From: Octopus vulgaris
Taxonomy: Eukaryota
Reading direction: 5' to 3'
Assembly (NCBI GenBank): GCA_951406725.2
Contig: OX597820.1
Location: 43,710,001-43,774,000 of the forward strand
DNA: 64,000 bases
The position numbers and the translations under genes were made by a program. Of the stretch, positions 56,870-64,000 are shown one piece after another. Under the pieces are notes generated by a model that ran no database searches, was not told where the DNA came from, and saw only the letters and a list, made by a program, of their open reading frames with translations. Numbering within the stretch: position 1 is the stretch's first letter; every line of letters starts with the position of its first letter.

Positions 56870-58231
56870 AATACATATATATATAACTGTGTGTGTATGT
56901 ATAAATACATATATATATAACTGTGTGTGTGTGTGTGTTTGTATAAGAGAGAGAGAGAGCCAGCCACATACATATATAGATTGACATACTTGAATTTATT
57001 TACAAACCTGCATATATTTATATTTATATAATTATATATAAATATACATTTGTGAGTATATATATATATATTTACACACACACACATACACATATATATA
57101 TATATATATACATACATACGTACGTACATACATATATATCCATATATATATATATACATACATATATACATGTATGTATGCACATGCGCGTAGATGTGTA
57201 TATGAATGCGTATGATGTGTTGAATACTGCGTTCTAGTTGGATACTTTTATGAAGGTTTCGCATTTTATTTTAGCATTTTCTATGAGTTCATTGCAGTTT
57301 GATGGGAAGTGTAAAGTTAGTGAATCAAACAAACTTCAAGAAACTCTAGGAACATTTCAAAGAAAGTAAAAACCAACTGGAAAAAATTACGCATTCAATA
57401 TAACATAAATAAAAGAAACTCTGGAACCGATGTATACAAATATGTCAAAAAAATATAGATATACATATATACACTTACATATACGCACATACTTAACTGT
57501 ATATATGTGTGTATTTGTGTGTCTGTGTGTGGGTGTCTGTGTGTGTGTTGTATGCATGTAATGTATATACATACGACTAAATGTATATTCAAATTGCAAT
57601 ACCTTTCATTACGTCGTATGTCTGTGTACGTATAGGTAGAGTCTCGTTGTACGTTATGTATGTTTAAAATACACGAACAAGGGGCGGTGTCAAAGAGTGC
57701 ATTTGTAAAGTTTAGTACTTTACCTCTAGTTGTATGAATGCATGAAAACCTGTATGTTTACATTTACACAGAAGCACGGTGACACACTAAAACACACACA
57801 GACACACACACACACATACACACACACACACATACGGATGTATAGTTATTGTGTGTATGCATGCATGCATGTATGCATTCATATGTGTGGGTGTCATACG
57901 TGTCTGCCGCTACATACACGTCTACATCTATTGCAAAGCTTATCGTCATATAAACTAATGTGAATGAAGTCTTATAAATTCCATATTTTTCCAATATATT
58001 TTCAATCATTCATTGAGTAGGTTCCTATTTTGCAATTGGAAAAAGTTCGAAACCAGTTCTAGTGACAAAACATGCGTATGTGTGTGTGCGTGTGTGTGTG
58101 TGTGTGCGTGTGTGTATTATACATGTCTGCATATATGTATATATGTGTATATGTATATATATATATATATATATGAATTCATATATATATACATATGAAT
58201 ACATAAGTGTGCGTATGTATAAATTAGTGTG

Positions 58232-58262
<31 letters not shown>

Positions 58263-58371
58263 GCGTGTGTATATAATTTTGTAAGAGCTAAAACACAATA
58301 TATAAGTCATATGTGTACTTTGCTTTGATCTAAAACCTATGAACTAGTAAGTATATCAGCACACCACTACC

Positions 58372-58418
<47 letters not shown>

Positions 58419-58428
58419 CAACAACAAC

Positions 58429-58462
<34 letters not shown>

Positions 58463-58635
58463 GCCATTACAACAATAATAACAATAGCATCAATAGCAAG
58501 AAGGATAAGAAGAAGGAGAAGAAGAAGAAGAAGAAGAAGAAGAAGAAGAAGATGAACAACAACAACAACAACAACAACAACAAGAAAAAGAAGAAGAAAA
58601 AGAAGAAGAAGAAGAAGAAGAAGAAGAAGAAGATG

Positions 58636-58673
<38 letters not shown>

Positions 58674-58740
58674 GAAAAAGAAGAAGAAGAAGAAGAAGAA
58701 GAAGAAGAAGAAGAAGAAGAAGAAGAAGAAGAAGAAGAAG

Positions 58741-58772
<32 letters not shown>

Positions 58773-58800
58773 GAAGAAGAAGAGCAACAACAACAACAAA
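58372..58800. repeat. Compound (AAT)n/(AAC)n/(AAG)n microsatellite
   Basis: Seen directly; the ATG(AAC)nAAGAAA(AAG)n block occurs twice. Confidence 0.95.
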
Positions 58801-58991
58801 GAGAAGACGCCAACAATTTTGAGAGGAGAGGTTAATCGATACTTTTGAGTTCAGTGCTATTTTGATACTGTAAAAATTCAATCCCCGAAAGGATGAAAAG
58901 CAGTATGACTGCGGTGGGGATTGGCACTGAGAACTTTATAAAAAAAGAGAACGGAATACGTACGTTGCAAGGGTATCTTAATCCGGTCAAA

Positions 58992-59040
<49 letters not shown>

Positions 59041-59042
<2 letters not shown>

Positions 59043-59357
59043 TGTTGACAGGAATTCTTTAGCGTATGAATAATTCACCTCTGGAAACATGGATGTTTCA
59101 TTCATCATACTTAAACAAACCTTATTCGGGGACCTTCTGAAAGAGATGGCTATTCGAGCTGAAGAAAATTCTAACTGGTCCCCACCTCGAAGGTCATTCG
59201 CAGTTTGTCTTGATATATGATAACTATGTTGCACCCATATGGCTGTTATGCATGTACCTGGTGTACCCTTATCAGACCGCTAGTTATGATGGTCATATTG
59301 GCCATCCTATATTTGTACCCCAGTGTTACTTTGATAACATGCGCTGCTCTCTTACTT
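59041..59357 (+). mobile_element. 5'-truncated diverged copy of the (TAA)n-inserted retroposon
   Basis: Reverse-complement similarity to 23364-23680; (AAT)n on both sides. Confidence 0.8.
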
Positions 59358-59430
59358 AATAATAATAATGATGATGATGATGATGATGATGATGACGATG
59401 ATGACAACGATGATGATTATAATAATAATC

Positions 59431-59490
<60 letters not shown>

Positions 59491-59528
59491 CTTAACAACA
59501 ATATATAAAATACTATCAGGCTTAACAA

Positions 59529-59918
59529 TGGAATGGAAGCACTCCGTCGGTTACGACGACGGGAGTTCCGGTTGATCCGAATCAACGGAACAGCCTGCTC
59601 GGGAAATTAACGTGTAAGTGGCTGAGCACTCCACAGACACGTGTACCCTTAACGTAGTTCTCGGGGATATTCAGCGTGACACAGAGAGTGACAAGGCCGG
59701 CCCTTTGAAATACAGGTACGACAGAAATAGGAAGTAAGAGTGAGAGAAAGTTGTGGTGAAAGAGCACAGCAGGGATCACCACTATTCCTGCCGGAGCCTC
59801 GTGGAGCTTTTAGGTGTTTTCGCTCAATAAACACTCACAACGCCCGGTCTGGGAATCGAAACCGCGATCCTACGACCGCGAGTCCACTGCCCTAACCACT
59901 GGGCCATTGCGCCTCCAC
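59529..59918 (-). mobile_element. Full-length tRNA-derived SINE family C with 12 bp TSD
   Basis: TSD CAGGCTTAACAA at 59517-28 and 59919-30; A-box TGGCCCAGTGG, B-box GTTTCGATTCC. Confidence 0.9.
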
Positions 59919-59989
59919 CAGGCTTAACAACCATGTATAAAATACAAACATCTCTCTTGACTGAATACGCCTATAGTTTTTTTAATAGG

Positions 59990-60829
59990 AAGTGGCATCT
60001 TCCCTAGTGAGCAAAAAGGATGTAAACGTGGGTCCTATGGTTGTAAAAACAGCTACTCATCAATAAGATGATCTTGGAAGATTGTTCCAAACAACACAAG
60101 AATTCGTCGATAGCCTGGACAGATTATAAAAAAGCTTTTGATAGTCTACCACATACTGGATTCATAAACGTTTGGAAATTCATAAATTAGCACCTACTCT
60201 ACGAAACCTCTTGTCTGTAAGTATGAGATCATGGGCAATGAACACTGCCTTTGAACAGTGACAATGAATCTTTCAATGCTGGAGATGTAAGAATTTCCTG
60301 TGGTTTTTTCCAGGGTTACTCTCTATCACCACTCACCTTTTGTCTAGACTTAATACCTCTCTCGAAATTGCTCGAAATATAAATCATATTTTTAGATGGA
60401 TGATTTAAAACGCTTTGCAAAAATGACCAACAACTACAGGGCTTACTCTAACAATTGTTAAACGGTTCAGTGATGGCATCAGGATAGAATTTGGCCTCGA
60501 TAAATGTACAAAAGCTACTTTATCAGAGGTAAAAAAAAATAGAAACATCCAACGTTAATCTTGACCAACAGTATATCTTAATGGAGTCAGGACCAGCAGA
60601 GAGCTACAAATACGTAGGAGTATTTGAAGGTGATGGGTAAGGACTTTGTCAACATCGGCTTCTAATTTACTTATGTTTTGACAGACATTCACTAGAACAA
60701 TACTCCGTGCAAAACGAAATATATGGGCCCCTAATCATAACACCAACTTGAATTTCAAACTAGTCTCTTGCGTTCTCTGGGTGAGACTTGGAGTCAGCTT
60801 GTACAAATACAAAGCAAAAGCCAAACATA

Positions 60830-60860
<31 letters not shown>

Positions 60861-62380
60861 AAGAAGAAGAAGAAGAAGAAGAAGAAGAAGAAGAAGAAGA
60901 AGAAGAAGAAGAAGAAGAAGAAGAAGAAGAAGAAGAAGAAGGAAAAGAACAACAACAACAACAATTTGAGGACAGAGAAAATTTTCAGATTCGTACTTTG
61001 TTGCTGAATATCATGGAAAGAGACTGTTAGGTGTTTGACAACTGGTTACTGTCTGCTATCACAGAATTCAACTGAGTAAGTAAAAAAGAGGTCTAAGAAA
61101 TTAAATGATGCATTAAGAAGAATAATGCTAATGATTGAGAAATAGTAAATATATGGTATGAAACGGTAAAGAAATGGGGAAAAGGAAGAACAACAGGATA
61201 AACAAATGCAAAGAAATAGAATTATATGGCCCTTTCATGTGACAAACCCAGAATGTTAGAACGAAAGACCGTTGGCTTTGTTTGACGGACGGGAACATGA
61301 ATTGTGATAAAGAAATTATGACCACTTAGGTACAAACCGTTAGAAGAAATCTGATAAAGGCGAAGATCGACAAAACTCAAACAGACGGCAGATATAAAAT
61401 ATTCAGGAATAAGGCGAAAGTATCAGTCACGTTTTGAGTGAGCACAAAGGAGTACAAGCGCAGGCAACATTGTGTAGGCAAAGAAATGTATTAGAATGAT
61501 AGCCGAGTGTTCCTTCCCTCAAAGGTGGTATGAACACGAGACTGTGATAGAGAATGGGAATTACGAGGTGGTATCAAAAGATTCCCGAACTAAATGATGT
61601 TACTTACTTACCTAAGTTTTAGCATCGTCTCCTTCGAAATATTTACCTTGCGCGGCAATACATCGGTCTCAGCGTTCCTGTCACTTGTAGAATCCAGCCT
61701 GGAAGTTGTTTTCTGAAAGCGAGTCGAGGACCTTCTGCGATTTGCTGTGAATTTAGACGACGGTGTTCGAACAATGTCCTTTCAGCTATATTTTCACCTT
61801 CGGCAAGAGATGGAAGTCTGCAGCTGCTATATCTGGCGGAAAGGGCGGATGCAGAAGCGATACCAAGATGATTGTTTTTGGCGAGAAGCTCCCGAGTGAG
61901 GAGAGCTTATTGACAAGATGTATTGTCGTCGTGTAGAATCCAAGTTTTCGTGCTCCACAGATCCGGTTGCTTTCAGCGAATGTCCTCCCTCAAACGCTTC
62001 GAAACGTTGCAGTAGAACTCTCGATTGATTGTCTGGCCCTGGGGGTCGAATTCGCGATGCACAATACCATATTTTCGGGAGTGACGTTCGTATCAGGTTT
62101 TTTAGCTCACTCATCGTTTCTCCAAGAAGTTCTTCCACTTTTGAAACGCTCTTGACACTCGAAACAACATTGTGTACAACCTATTACATCATCGCCCTAA
62201 GCTTACCGAAGCATGTTCAATGTCTCTGTAGCAGACTTCCCAACCGCATGTTGACATCTGTCAACACAACTAGTCCTGGAACATTTTGATACACCTTGTA
62301 CAAGATATTGTGGGACTACCCTATAAAGACTGGCCATAATATTGAAACAAGAAGACCACATATGACTATAGAGGACAAAA
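59990..62380 (+). pseudogene. Decayed R4/Dong-like LINE pieces (RT, then zinc knuckle/RLE region), interrupted by (GAA)n and a mariner
   Basis: WTDYKKAFDSLPHTWI, GFFQGYSLSPL, MDDLK; ENGNY|KILWDYPIKT..RRPH. Confidence 0.75.
61564..62298 (-). mobile_element. Internally deleted mariner element
   Basis: TIRs CGAGGTGGTATCAAAAGATTCC / GGAACATTTTGATACACCTTG with TA duplication; minus-strand GIVHREFDPQGQTINREFYCNV..WILHDDN. Confidence 0.85.
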
Positions 62381-62390
62381 TAAGATTTCC

Positions 62391-62980
62391 GTAAATATAA
62401 ATATTAACAGGCGAAACCATTGGTACGTAGGTAATCGTTTTTATTTCGTATACTTTCATTTGCCTTGCTCCTTTTTACATTCTGGCGTTTTTCTTCAGAA
62501 CACACTCCTCGTGGTAAGGCGATTTGACGTCTATATTTAGCATATTAGGTGTCCACCTTGGTGGTCATTCCTCTTAATTTTGTACGCAATATAATTTTTA
62601 ATCTTCAGATTTTTTTTAAATATGCTAAGCCACTGGTTTTAATTGATTAATATCAATTTGTACCCTCATTATTTAATTTCTAAATAACAATGTTCTCTAA
62701 CCGGCAAATTAGCTGCAGAAATTTATTAACTGCAGAGTTGTTTCCGGCCTCAGCGCGCCAAAATGAAGACACTTGAAAAATACCTCCAAATATTATTTTT
62801 AAAACTTTATAATGCTCTCTTTCGGGTGAACGTCCTGTGTCTAGTTCTGGAAATCGTGTTTTGTAAGCGACAGACGGCTCTAATGAGCCTGCAGATATTT
62901 ACATTCGTAAATATTAACAAGTGAAACCATTACTACGTAGGTAATCGTCTTAAATTTCATATATTTTCATTTGTCTTGCA
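62391..62980 (+). mobile_element. Terminally redundant ~510 nt element with a decayed HHR (62873-62949)
   Basis: TAAATATTAACA.G.GAAACCATT..TACGTAGGTAATCGT repeated 510 bp apart; core CUAAUGA GCCUG..GAAAC..GUA. Confidence 0.6.
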
Positions 62981-63049
62981 CATATATACATACTTACATA
63001 CATACACACACACACACACATGCATACATGTGTGTGTGTGTGAGTGTGA

Positions 63050-63195
63050 CAGTGCGGGATAGAAATTTGCTTCCAAACCACATAGATCTAGAATCCGCTC
63101 CATTGCGTGGAACCTTGAGTAAGTGTCTTCTATTACAGTATCGGGCCGACCAAAGCTTTTTGAGTGGATTTGGTGGACGGAAATTCAAGATGGAT
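63050..63195 (+). mobile_element. SINE family B 5' half
   Basis: CCTTGAGTAAGTGTCTTCTA..CGGGCCGACCAAAGC..GAGTGGATTTGGT.GACGGAAA. Confidence 0.7.
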
Positions 63196-63224
63196 AGACA
63201 GATATAATATAAATAAATACATAT

Positions 63225-63270
<46 letters not shown>

Positions 63271-63309
63271 CACACAACCACACACACACACACTCATACA
63301 CACACTCAT

Positions 63310-63371
<62 letters not shown>

Positions 63372-63541
63372 GGAGGTTCTTTTCTCCCCTGTTTGAAAAC
63401 ATAAGTCCACCGAAGTATTGTATCACATGGCCAACTGGAAACGATGTTTCCTGGGGCTAAATAGCAGTACCATTCTTCCCTTTCCTGGGACTGCCACATT
63501 AAGTTGGAAACAAACCATCACTTTCATACATATGAATACGT

Positions 63542-63575
<34 letters not shown>

Positions 63576-64000
63576 TAATATAGTTTACACCCACTGAAAT
63601 AATACTGATCACAGCGATTGTAAGAATGCTATTTCGAAAAGTTTAATCTTGGTTACAAACATAATCATGTAAAACGGAATGCATTGTCTGAACGGATGCG
63701 GGGTCAGTGTATTTTGGCCTGAAAATAGCTTAATAATTGTCACAGACACAAATACGCCCACAGTATTCACACACACCTGCATACATACACGTACAAATAT
63801 ATTAACACATGCAGTTTTATATGCACCCAAATATTGGCGTGTAGATGCATACGCACATAGACTTAGACACACAGAGAAAAAAAGTTTTCGGCAAGAGTTT
63901 TGTGTTGAAATATTACAACTCATGTCAAATTACCATAATATATAAAGAAAATGTCAACGCTCCGGTTCCATGCCAGCCATTGTACTTCATAAAGATAATT

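Noticed and set aside
59845-59918. tRNA gene
   Set aside because: The tRNA-like sequence is the head of a SINE with body, tail and TSD.

Overview
This is AT-rich animal DNA saturated with repeats. Its SINE and microsatellite content points to a cephalopod (octopus-like) genome, which is my inference. I cannot support any intact host protein-coding gene; nearly all listed ORFs are microsatellite translations. The window holds decayed transposons: R4/Dong-type, RTE-type and Tx1/L1-type LINE pieces, two mariners, a Tc1/maT piece, a rearranged Helitron helicase, three near-identical non-autonomous Helitrons, a pogo-like MITE, several SINE families, and a non-coding retroposon that inserts in (TAA)n. 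The main discovery is a set of short non-coding elements sitting in (TA)n tracts that carry type I hammerhead ribozyme (HHR) folds. Six are intact or nearly so (counting the two mirror copies) and about six are decayed. They show 5' fold-back inversions, terminal redundancy defining monomers of about 510-590 nt, long helix II insertions, palindromic helix III, U3:A8 and C4 core variants, and a compensatory base-pair change between two copies. This architecture fits Penelope-derived pseudo-LTRs or retrozymes. All folds were assigned by eye and none has been tested.
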